NCBI GenBank assembly: GCA_047495785.1
Contig: JBLDXI010000063.1
Location: 310,001-374,000 of the forward strand
Length of the DNA: 64,000 nt
Origin: Lepidodermella squamata
Lineage: Eukaryota; Animalia; Gastrotricha
Reading direction: 5' to 3'
The first letter of the stretch is position 1. The number at the start of each line of letters is the position of its first letter. Of the stretch, positions 24,601 through 35,800 are shown piece after piece. The translations under genes and the position numbers were made by a program. Under the pieces are notes generated by a model. It saw only the letters and a list, made by a program, of their open reading frames with translations. It did not search any database and was not told where the DNA came from.

Positions 24601-27600
24601 GCAGCCGATTAAGGCACATCGCTGTCGACGCGGTATTCGTAGCGAGCCTGAGCGGGCTAACATGGCTGTTTTCAGCCGTTTCACGTACTGCCGGTATTCG
24701 GTATCATGCCCAATCGTGGCGAGTCAACGGCATCCGTGCATCATTCGATCGTGGCAGCAATTGCAAACGCGATAGCACCCGATTAAGGCACATCGCTGTT
24801 GACGCGGTATTCGCAGCGAGCCTGAGCGGGCTGACATGGTTGTTTTCAGCCGTTTAAAGTACTGCCGGTATTCGGCATCATGCCCACTCGTGGCGAATCA
24901 ACTCCATCCGTGCATCATTCGATCGTGGCAGCAATTGCAAACGCGATAGCACCCGATTAAGGCACATCGCTGTTGACGCGGTATTCGCAGCGAGCCTGAG
25001 CGGGCTGACATGGTTGTTTTCAGCCGTTTAAAGTACTGCCGGTATTCGGCATCATGCCCACTCGTGGCGAATCAACGCCATCCGTGCATCATTCGATCGT
25101 GGCAGCAATTGCAAACGCAATAGCACCCGATTGAGGCACATCGCTGTTGACGCGGTATTCGCAGCAAGCCTGAGCGGGCTAACATGGCTGTTTTCAGCTG
25201 TTTCACGTACTGCCGGTATTCGGCATCATCCCACTCGTGGCGAATCAACGCCATCCGTGCATCATTCGATCGTGGCAGCAATTGCAAACGAAATAGCACC
25301 CGATTGAGGCACATCGCTGTCGACGCGGTATTCGCAGCAAGCCTGAGCGGGCTAACATGGCTGTTTTCAGCCGTCACACGTACTGCCGGTATTCGGCATC
25401 ATCCCACTCGTGGCGAATCAACGCCATCCGTGCATCATTCGATCGTTGCAGCAATTGCAATCGAAATAGCACCCGATTGAGGCACATCGCTGTTGACGCG
25501 GTATTCGCAGCAAGCCTGAGCGGGCTGACATGGCTGTTTTCAGCCATCGCACGTACTGCCGGTATTCGGCATCATCCCACTCATGGCGAATCTACGCCAT
25601 CCGTGCATCATTCGATCGTGGCAGCAATTGCAAACGCAATGGCACCCGATTGAGGCACATCGCTGTTGACGCGGTATTCGCAGCAAGCCTGAGCGGGCTA
25701 ACATGGCTGTTTTCAGCCGTTTCACGTACTGCCGGTATTCGGCATCATCCCACTCGTGGCGAATCAACGCCATCCGTGCATCATTCGATCGTGGCAGCAA
25801 TTGCAAACGAAATAGCACCCGATTGAGGCACATCGCTGTCGACGCGGTATTCGCAGCAAGCCTGAGCGGGCTAACATGGCTGTTTTCAGCCGTCACACGT
25901 ACTGCCGGTATTCGGCATCATCCCACTCGTGGCGAATCAACGCCATCCGTGCATCATTCGATCGTGGCAGCAATTGCAAACGCGATAGCACCCGATTAAG
26001 GCACATCGCTGTTGACGCGGTATTCGCAGCGAGCCTGAGCGGGCTGACATGGTTGTTTTCAGCCGTTTAAAGTACTGCCGGTATTCGGCATCATGCCCAC
26101 TCGTGGCGAATCAACGCAATCCGTACATCATTCGATCGTGGCAGCAATTGCAAACGCAATGGCAGCCGATTAAGGCACATCGCTGTCGACGCGGTATTCG
26201 TAGCGAGCCTGAGCGGGCTAACATGGCTGTTTTCAGCCGTTTCACGTACTGCCGGTATTCGGCATCATCCCACTCGTGGCGAATCAACGCCATCCGTGCA
26301 TCATTCGATCGTGGCAGCAATTGCAAACGCGATAGCACCCGATTAAGGCACATCGCTGTTGACGCGGTATTCGCAGCGAGCCTGAGCGGGCTGACATGGT
26401 TGTTTTCAGCCGTTTAAAGTACTGCCGGTATTCGGCATCATGCCCACTCGTGGCGAATCAACTCCATCCGTGCATCATTCGATCGTGGCAGCAATTGCAA
26501 ACGCGATAGCACCCGATTAAGGCACATCGCTGTTGACGCGGTATTCGCAGCGAGCCTGAGCGGGCTGACATGGTTGTTTTCAGCCGTTTAAAGTACTGCC
26601 GGTATTCGGCATCATGCCCACTCGTGGCGAATCAACGCCATCCGTGCATCATTCGATCGTGGCAGCAATTGCAAACGCAATAGCACCCGATTGAGGCACA
26701 TCGCTGTTGACGCGGTATTCGCAGCAAGCCTGAGCGGGCTAACATGGCTGTTTTCAGCTGTTTCACGTACTGCCGGTATTCGGCATCATCCCACTCGTGG
26801 CGAATCAACGCCATCCGTGCATCATTCGATCGTGGCAGCAATTGCAAACGAAATAGCACCCGATTGAGGCACATCGCTGTCGACGCGGTATTCGCAGCAA
26901 GCCTGAGCGGGCTAACATGGCTGTTTTCAGCCGTCACACGTACTGCCGGTATTCGGCATCATCCCACTCGTGGCGAATCAAAGCCATCCGTGCATCATTC
27001 GATCGTGGCAGCAATTGCAATCGAAATAGCACCCGATTGAGGCACATCGCTGTTGACGCGGTATTCGCAGCAAGCCTGAGCGGGCTGACATGGCTGTTTT
27101 CAGCCATCGCACGTACTGCCGGTATTCGGCATCATCCCACTCATGGCGAATCTACGCCATCCGTGCATCATTCGATCGTGGCAGCAATTGCAAACGCAAT
27201 GGCAGCCGATTGAGGCACATCGCTGTTGACGCGGTATTCGCAGCAAGCCTGAGCGGGCTAACATGGCTGTTTTCAGCCGTCGCACGTACTGCCGGTATTC
27301 GGCATCATGCACATTCGTGGCCATTCGTTCAACGGCATCCGTGCATCATTCGATCGTGGCAGCAATTGCAAACGCAATGGCAGCCGATTAAGGCACATCG
27401 CTGTTGACGCGGTATTCGCAGCAAGCCTGAGCGGGCTAACATGGCTGTTTTCAGCCGTCGCACGTACTGCCGGTATTCGGCATCATGCACACTCGTGGCG
27501 AATCAACGCCATCCGTGCATCATTCGATCGTGGCAGCAATTGCAAACGAAATAGCACCCGATTGAGGCACATCGCTGTCGACGCGGTATTCGTAGCGAGC

Positions 27601-30362
27601 CTGAGCGGGCTGACATGGCTGTTTTCAGCCGTTTCACGTACTGCCGGTATTCGGCATCATGCCCACTCGTGGCGAATCAACGCCATCCGTGCATCATTCG
27701 ATCGTGGCAGCAATTGCAAACGCAATGGCAGCCGATTGAGGCACATCGCTGCCGACGCGGTATTCGTAGCGAGTCTGAGCGGGCTAACATGGCTGTTTTC
27801 AGCCGTTTCACGTACTGCCGGTATTCGGCATCATGCACATTCGTGGCCATTCGTTCAACGGCATCCGTGCATCATTCGATCGTGGCAGCAATTGCAAACG
27901 CAATGGCAGCCGATTAAGGCACATCGCTGTTGACGCGGTATTCGCAGCAAGCCTGAGCGGGCTAACATGGCTGTTTTCAGCCGTCGCACGTACTGCCGGT
28001 ATTCGGCATCATGCACACTCGTGGCGAATCAACGCCATCCGTGCATCATTCGATCGTGGCAGCAATTGCAAACGAAATAGCACCCGATTGAGGCACATCG
28101 CTGTTGACGCGGTATTCGCAGCAAGCCTGAGCGGGCTGACATGGCTGTTTTCAGCCGTCGCACGTACTGCCGGTATTCGGCATCATCCCACTCATGGCGA
28201 ATCTACGCCATCCGTGCATCATTCGATCGTGGCAGCAATTGCAAACGCAATGGCAGCCGATTGAGGCACATCGCTGTTGACGCGCTATTCGCAGCAAGCC
28301 TGAGCGGGCTAACATGGCTGTTTTCAGCCGTTTCACGTACTGCCGGTATTCGGCATCATCCCACTCGTGGCGAATCAACGCCATCCGTGCATCATTCGAT
28401 CGTGGCAGCAATTGCAAACGCAATGGCAGCCGATTGAGGCACATCGCTGCCGACGCGGTATTCGTAGCGAGCCTGAGCGGGCTAACATGGCTGTTTTCAG
28501 CCGTTTCACGTACTGCCGGTATTCGGCATCATCCCACTCGTGGCGAATCAACGCCATCCGTGCATCATTCGATCTTGGCAGCAATTGCAAACGAAATAGC
28601 ACCCGATTGAGGCACATCGCTGTTGACGCGGTATTCGCAGCAAGCCTGAGCGGGCTGACATGGCTGTTTTCAGCCGTCGCACGTACTGCGGGTATTCGGC
28701 ATCATCCCACTCATGGCGAATCTACGCCATCCGTGCATCATTCGATCGTGGCAGCAATTGCAAACGCAATGGCAGCCGATTGTGGCACATCGCTGTTGAC
28801 GCGGTATTCGCAGCAAGCCTGAGCGGGCTAACATGGCTGTTTTCAGCCGTTTCACGTACTGCCGGTATTCGGCATCATCCCACTCGTGGCGAATCAACGC
28901 CATCCGTGCATCATTCGATCGTGGCAGCAATTGCAAACGCAATGGCAGCCGATTGAGGCACATCGCTGTCGACGCGATATTCGCAGCAAGCCTGAGCGGG
29001 CTAACATGGCTGTTTTCAGCCGTTTCACGTACTGCCGGTATTCGGCATCATCCCACTCGTGGCGAATCAACGCCATCCGTGCATCATTCGATCGTGGCAG
29101 CAATTGCAAACGCAATGGCAGCCGATTGAGGCACATCGCTGTCGACGCGGTATTCGTAGCGAGCCTGAGCGGGCTAACATGGCTGTTTTCAGCCGTCGCA
29201 CGTACTGCCGGTATTCGGTATCATGCCCAATCGTGGCGAGTCAACGGCATCCGTGCATCATTCGATCGTGGCAGCAATTGCAAACGCAATGGCAGCCGAT
29301 TGAGGCACATCGCTGTTGACGCGGTATTCGCAGCAAGCCTGAGCGGGCTAACATGGCTGTTTTCAGCCGTCGCACGTACTGCCGGTATTCGGCATCATGC
29401 ACATTCGTGGCCATTCGTTCAACGGCATCCGTGCATCATTCGATCGTGGCAGCAATTGCAAACGAAATAGCACCCGATTGAGGCACATCGCTGTTGACGC
29501 GGTATTCGCAGCAAGCCTGAGCGGGCTGACATGGCTGTTTTCAGCCGTCGCACGTACTGCCGGTATTCGGCATCATCCCACTCATGGCGAATCTACGCCA
29601 TCCGTGCATCATTCGATCGTGGCAGCAATTGCAAACGCAATGGCAGCCGATTGAGGCACATCGCTGTTGACGCGGTATTCGCAGCAAGCCTGAGCGGGCT
29701 AACATGGCTGTTTTCAGCCGTTTCACGTACTGCCGGTATTCGGCATCATCCCACTCGTGGCGAATCAACGCCATCCGTGCATCATTCGATCGTGGCAGCA
29801 ATTGCAAACGCAATAGCACCCGATTAAGGCACATCGCTGTTGACGCGGTATTCGCAGCGAGCCTGAGCGGGCTGACATGGTTGTTTTCAGCCGTTTAAAG
29901 TACTGCCGGTATTCGGCATCATGCCCACTCGTGGCGAATCAACGCCATCCGTGCATCATTCGATCGTGGCAGCAATTGCAAACGCAATAGCACCCGATTG
30001 AGGCACATCGCTGTTGACGCGGTATTCGCAGCAAGCCTGAGCGGGCTAACATGGCTGTTTTCAGCTGTTTCACGTACTGCCGGTATTCGGCATCATCCCA
30101 CTCGTGGCGAATCAACGCCATCCGTGCATCATTCGATCGTGGCAGCAATTGCAAACGAAATAGCACCCGATTGAGGCACATCGCTGTTGACGCGGTATTC
30201 CCAGCGAGCCTGAGCGGGCTAACATGGCTGTTTTCAGCCGTCACACGTACTGCCAGTATTCGGCATCATGCCCACTCGTGGCGAATCAACGCCATCCGTG
30301 CATCATTCGATCGTGGCAGCAATTGCAAACGAAATAGCACCCGATTGAGGCACATCGCTGTC

Positions 30363-30405
30363 AACGCGGTATGGCGTATGGCGTAGCCATACGCCATACC
30401 GCGTT
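30363..30405. repeat. Perfect 20-bp hairpin with 3-nt loop at the left inversion junction
   Basis: AACGCGGTATGGCGTATGGC-GTA-GCCATACGCCATACCGCGTT. Confidence 0.95.
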
Positions 30406-32620
30406 TGCAATTGCTGCCACGATCGAATGATGCACGGATGGCGTTGATTCGCCACGAGTGGGCATGATGCCGAATACTGGCAGTACGTGTGACGGCTGAA
30501 AACAGCCATGTTAGCCCGCTCAGGCTTGCTGCGAATACCGCGTCGACAGCGATGTGCCTCAATCGGGTGCTATTTCGTTTGCAATTGCTGCCACGATCGA
30601 ATGATGCACGGATGGCGTTGATTCGCCACGAGTGGGATGATGCCGAATACCGGCAGTACGTGAAACAGCTGAAAACAGCCATGTTAGCCCGCTCAGGCTT
30701 GCTGCGAATTCCGCGTCAACAGCGATGTGCCTCAATCGGGTGCTATTGCGTTTGCAATTGCTGCCACGATCGAATGATGCACGGATGGCGTTGATTCGCC
30801 ACGAGTGGGCATGATGCCGAATACCGGCAGTACTTTAAACGGCTGAAAACAACCATGTCAGCCCGCTCAGGCTCGCTGCGAATACCGCGTCAACAGCGAT
30901 GTGCCTTAATCGGGTGCCATTGCGTTTGCAATTGCTGCCACGATCGAATGATGCACGGATGCCGTTGACTCGCCACGATTGGGCATGATACCGAATACCG
31001 GCAGTACGTGAAACAGCTGAAAACAGCCATGTTAGCCCGCTCAGGCTTGCTGCGAATACCGCGTCAACAGCGATGTGCCTTAATCGGGTGCTATTGCGTT
31101 TGCAATTGCTGCCACGATCGAATGATGCACGGATGCCGTTGACTCGCCACGAGTGTGCATGATGCCGAATACCGGCAGTACGTGCGACGGCTGAAAACAG
31201 CCATGTCAGCCCGCTCAGGCTTGCTGCGAATACCGCGTCAACAGCGATGTGCCTCAATCGGGTGCTATTTCGTTTGCAATTGCTGCCAAGATCGAATGAT
31301 GCACGGATGGCGTTGATTCGCCACGAGTGGGATGATGCCGAATACCGGCAGTACGTGAAACGGCTGAAAACAGCCATGTTAGCCCGCTCAGGCTCGCTAC
31401 GAATACCGCGTCGACAGCGATGTGCCTCAATCGGCTGCCATTGCGTTTGCAATTGCTGCCACGATCGAATGATGCACGGATGGCGTTGATTCGCCACGAG
31501 TGGGATGATGCCGAATACCGGCAGTACGTGAAACGGCTGAAAACAGCCATGTTAGCCCGCTCAGGCTTGCTGCGAATACCGCGTCAACAGCGATGTGCCT
31601 CAATCGGCTGCCATTGCGTTTGCAATTGCTGCCACGATCGAATGATGCACGGATGGCGTAGATTCGCCATGAGTGGGATGATGCCGAATACCGGCAGTAC
31701 GTGAAACGGCTGAAAACAGCCATGTTAGCCCGCTCAGGCTCGCTACGAATACCGCGTCGACAGCGATGTGCCTCAATCGGCTGCCATTGCGTTTGCAATT
31801 GCTGCCACGATCGAATGATGCACGGATGGCGTTGATTCGCCACGAGTGGGATGATGCCGAATACCGGCAGTACGTGCGACGGCTGAAAACAGCCATGTTA
31901 GCCCGCTCAGGCTCGCTGCGAATACCGCGTCAACAGCGATGTGCCTCAATCGGCTGCCATTGCGTTTGCAATTGCTGCCACGATCGAATGATGCACGGAT
32001 GCCGTTGAACGAATGGCCACGAATGTGCATGATGCCGAATACCGGCAGTACGTGAAACGGCTGAAAACAGCCATGTTAGCCCGCTCAGGCTTGCTGCGAA
32101 TACCGCGTCAACAGCGATGTGCCTCAATCGGGTGCTATTTCGTTTGCAATTGCTGCCACGATCGAATGATGCACGGATGGCGTTGATTCGCCACGAGTGT
32201 GCATGATGCCGAATACCGGCAGTACGTGCGACGGCTGAAAACAGCCATGTTAGCCCGCTCAGGCTCGCTGCGAATACCGCGTCAACAGCGATGTGCCTCA
32301 ATCGGCTGCCATTGCGTTTGCAATTGCTGCCACGATCGAATGATGCACGGATGCCGTTGACTCGCCACGATTGGGCATGATACCGAATACCGGCAGTACG
32401 TGAAACGGCTGAAAACAGCCATGTTAGCCCGCTCAGGCTTGCTGCGAATACCGCGTCAACAGCGATGTACCTCCATCGGCTGCCATTGCGTTTGCAATTG
32501 CTGCCACGATCGAATGATGCACGGATGGCGTTGATTTGCCACGAGTGGGCTGATGCCGAATACTGGCAGTACGTGAAACGGTAAAAAACAGCCATGTTAG
32601 CCCGCTCAGGCTCGCTACGA
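30386..32620 (-). repeat. Inverted block of ~13 satellite monomers inside the array
   Basis: The sequence switches to the reverse complement of the monomer (e.g. GGCTGAAAACAGCCATGTTAGCCCGCTCAGG) from ~30386 and returns to forward orientation at ~32620. Confidence 0.98.
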
Positions 32621-32843
32621 CGCAATGGCAGCCGATTGAGGCACATCGCTGTCGACGCGGTATTCGTAGCGAGCCTGAGCGGGCTAACATGGCTGTTTTT
32701 TACCGTTTCACGTACTGCCAGTATTCGGCATCAGCCCACTCGTGGCAAATCAACGCCATCCGTGCATCATTCGATCGTGGCAGCAATTGCAAACGCAATG
32801 GCAGCCGATGGAGGTACATCGCTGTTGACGCGGTATTCGCAGC
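32441..32843. repeat. Perfect 180-bp inverted repeat with 43-nt spacer at the right inversion junction
   Basis: Arms 32441-32620 and 32664-32843 are exact reverse complements by eye. They share the rare TTTTTTACCG / CATCAGCCC / GGCAAATC / ATGGAGGTAC monomer haplotype. Confidence 0.9.
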
Positions 32844-35800
32844 GAGCCTGAGCGGGCTGACATGGTTGTTTTCAGCCGTTTAAAGTACTGCCGGTATTCG
32901 GCATCATGCCCACTCGTGGCGAATCAACTCCATCCGTGCATCATTCGATCGTGGCAGCAATTGCAAACGCAATAGCACCCGATTAAGGCACATCGCTGTT
33001 GACGCGGTATTCGCAGCAAGCCTGAGCGGGCTAACATGGCTGTTTTCAGCCGTCGCACGTACTGCCGGTATTCGGCATCATGCACACTCGTGGCGAATCA
33101 ACGCCATCCGTGCATCATTCGATCGTGGCAGCAATTGCAAACGCAATAGCACCCGATTGAGGCACATCGCTGTTGACGCGGTATTCGCAGCAAGCCTGAG
33201 CGGGCTAACATGGCTGTTTTCAGCCGTTTCACGTACTGCCGGTATTCGGCATCATGCACACTCGTGGCGAATCAACGCCATCCGTGCATCATTCGATCGT
33301 GGCAGCAATTGCAAACGAAATAGCACCCGATTGAGGCACATCGCTGTTGACGCGGTATTCGCAGCAAGCCTGAGCGGGCTAACATGGCTGTTTTCAGCCG
33401 TCGCACGTACTGCCGGTATTCGGCATCATGCCCACTCGTGGCGAATCAACTCCATCCGTCCATCATTCGATCGTGGCAGCAATTGCAAACGCAATAGCAC
33501 CCGATTAAGGCACATCGCTGTTGACACGGTATTCGCAGCAAGCCTGAGCGGGCTAACATGGCTGTTTTCAGCCGTCGCACGTACTGCCGGTATTCGGCAT
33601 CATGCACACTCGTGGCGAATCAACGCCATCCGTGCATCATTCGATCGTGGCAGCAATTGCAAACGCAATAGCACCCGATTAAGGCACATCGCTGTTGACG
33701 CGGTATTCGCAGCAAGCCTGAGCGGGCTAACATGGCTGTTTTCAGCCGTCGCACGTACTGCCGGTATTCGGCATCATGCACACTCGTGGCGAATCAACGC
33801 CATCCGTGCATCATTCGATCGTGGCAGCAATTGCAAACGAAATAGCACCCGATTGAGGCACATCGCTGTTGACGCGGTATTCGCAGCAAGCCTGAGCGGG
33901 CTAACATGGCTGTTTTCAGCCGTCGCACGTACTGCCGGTATTCGGCATCATGCACACTCGTGGCGAATCAACGCCATCCGTGCATCATTCGATCGTGGCA
34001 GCAATTGCAAACGAAATAGCACCCGATTGAGGCACATCGCTGTTGACGCGGTATTCGCAGCAAGCCTGAGCGGGCTAACATGGCTGTTTTCAGCCGTCGC
34101 ACGTACTGCCGGTATTCGGCATCATGCACACTCGTGGCGAATCAACGCCATCCGTGCATCATTCGATCGTGGCAGCAATTGCAAACGCAATAGCACCCGA
34201 TTAAGGCACATCGCTGTTGACGCGGTATTCGCAGCAAGCCTGAGCGGGCTAACATGGCTGTTTTCAGCCGTCGCACGTACTGCCGGTATTCGGCATCATG
34301 CACACTCGTGGCGAATCAACGCCATCCGTGCATCATTCGATCGTGGCAGCAATTGCAAACGCAATAGCACCCGATTAAGGCACATCGCTGTTGACGCGGT
34401 ATTCGCAGCAAGCCTGAGCGGGCTAACATGGCTGTTTTCAGCCGTTTCACGTACTGCCGGTATTCGGCATCATGCACATTCGTGGCCATTCGTTCAACGG
34501 CATCCGTGCATCACTCGATCGTGGCAGCAATTGCAAACGCAATAGCACCCGATTAAGGCACATCGCTGTTGACGCGGTATTCGCAGCAAGCCTGAGCGGG
34601 CTAACATGGCTGTTTTCAGCCGTCGCACGTACTGCCGGTATTCGGCATCATGCACACTCGTGGCGAATCAACGCCATCCGTGCATCATTCGATCGTGGCA
34701 GCAATTGCAAACGCAATGGCAGCCGATTGAGGCACATCGCTGTTGACGCGGTATTCGCAGCAAGCCTGAGCGGGCTAACATGGCTGTTTTCAGCCGTTTC
34801 ACGTACTGCCGGTATTCGGCATCATGCACATTCGTGGCCATTCGTTCAACGGCATCCGTGCATCATTCGATCGTGGCAGCAATTGCAAACGCAATAGCAC
34901 CCGATTAAGGCACATCGCTGTTGACGCGGTATTCGCAGCAAGCCTGAGCGGGCTAACATGGCTGTTTTCAGCCGTCGCACGTACTGCCGGTATTCGGCAT
35001 CATGCACATTCGTGGCCATTCGTTCAACGGCATCCGTGCATCATTCGATCGTGGCAGCAATTGCAAACGCAATGGCAGCCGATTGAGGCACATCGCTGTT
35101 GACGCGGTATTCGCAGCGAGCCTGAGCGGGCTAACATGGCTGTTTTCAGCCGTTTCACGTACTGCCGGTATTCGGCATCATGCACACTCGTGGCGAATCA
35201 ACGCCATCCGTGCATCATTCGATCGTGGCAGCAATTGCAAACGAAATAGCACCCGATTGAGGCACATCGCTGTTGACGCGGTATTCGCAGCAAGCCTGAG
35301 CGGGCTAACATGGCTGTTTTCAGCCGTCGCACGTACTGCCGGTATTCGGCATCATGCCCACTCGTGGCGAATCAACTCCATCCGTCCATCATTCGATCGT
35401 GGCAGCAATTGCAAACGCAATAGCACCCGATTAAGGCACATCGCTGTTGACGCGGTATTCGCAGCAAGCCTGAGCGGGCTAACATGGCTGTTTTCAGCCG
35501 TCGCACGTACTGCCGGTATTCGGCATCATGCACACTCGTGGCGAATCAACGCCATCCGTGCATCATTCGATCGTGGCAGCAATTGCAAACGAAATAGCAC
35601 CCGATTGAGGCACATCGCTGTTGACGCGGTATTCGCAGCAAGCCTGAGCGGGCTGACATGGCTGTTTTCAGCCGTCGCACGTACTGCCGGTATTCGGCAT
35701 CATGCACACTCGTGGCGAATCAACGCCATCCGTGCATCATTCGATCGTGGCAGCAATTGCAAACGCAATAGCACCCGATTGAGGCACATCGCTGTTGACG

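Noticed and set aside
33183-33199. CENP-B box-like ATTCGCAGCAAGCCTGA
   Set aside because: Only 7 of the 9 essential positions match (CCTG instead of CGGG), and the A is polymorphic; likely chance.
33037-33300. Self-cleaving ribozyme in the satellite (hammerhead, HDV-like, twister)
   Set aside because: No CUGANGA/GAAA hammerhead core on either strand. TGGCGAAT plus a possible TGTTGA/TCAACG pairing recalls HDV J4/2-P2, but L3/P1.1 do not fit. CTAACA and CAAGC recall twister, but the spacing is wrong. Not supportable without a covariance-model search.
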